A stretch of 61,897 nt of DNA, counting the filler, from Squatina squatina (Eukaryota): assembly GCA_031763465.1 (NCBI GenBank). It is 4 parts of 4 records of this genome, joined end to end, with 100 filler letters (N's around TTAATTAATTAA, not from the genome) between each part and the next. Parts side by side here need not be neighbours in the genome. Positions count along the whole stretch, not along the records: positions 48,626 to 61,897 come from JARFOE010000189.1; 3 more parts are not named here. The stretch is one strand, 5' to 3'. Shown here piece by piece: positions 61,876-61,897 of the stretch. The stretch's first letter is position 1; every line of letters begins with the position of its first letter. Under the pieces are notes generated by a model. That model did no database searches. It worked only from the letters and a program-made list of their open reading frames with translations, and was not told where the DNA came from. The position numbers were made by a program, and so were the translations under genes.

Positions 61876-61897
61876 TAGTTGGTATGATTGCACGAGG

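Overview
Repeat-rich vertebrate genomic DNA, most likely from a shark or ray (inferred from SacSINE1-like Deu-domain SINEs, shark-type CR1/L2 tails, RTE, Penelope and Harbinger relics). It is not one contiguous locus. Three artificial N44-TTAATTAATTAA-N44 linkers split it into four scaffolds (about 1-12106, 12207-34628, 34729-48525, 48626-61897), and the last three contain many 100-N gaps. The only confidently recognised host gene is NEIL3 (DNA glycosylase), seen as three consecutive phase-compatible minus-strand exons: FPG zinc finger, RanBP2 zinc finger, and a gap-truncated downstream exon. The rest is decayed LINEs (RTE, CR1, L2, Tx1, Penelope), SINEs, DNA-transposon relics, two minisatellites (26 bp and 21 bp units), one promoter-like segment and several enhancer-like AT-rich blocks. 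I see no prokaryotic or CRISPR-type system and no intact novel ORF. The best second-look signals are a 26-bp satellite that repeatedly flips orientation (foldback-like), an L2 with a twin-priming-type 5' inversion, two Harbinger Myb exons broken at the same Trp codon, and a promoter-like region with matching inverted (GT)9/(AC)9 tracts. Family assignments come from recalled motifs, not database searches, and repeat boundaries are approximate.
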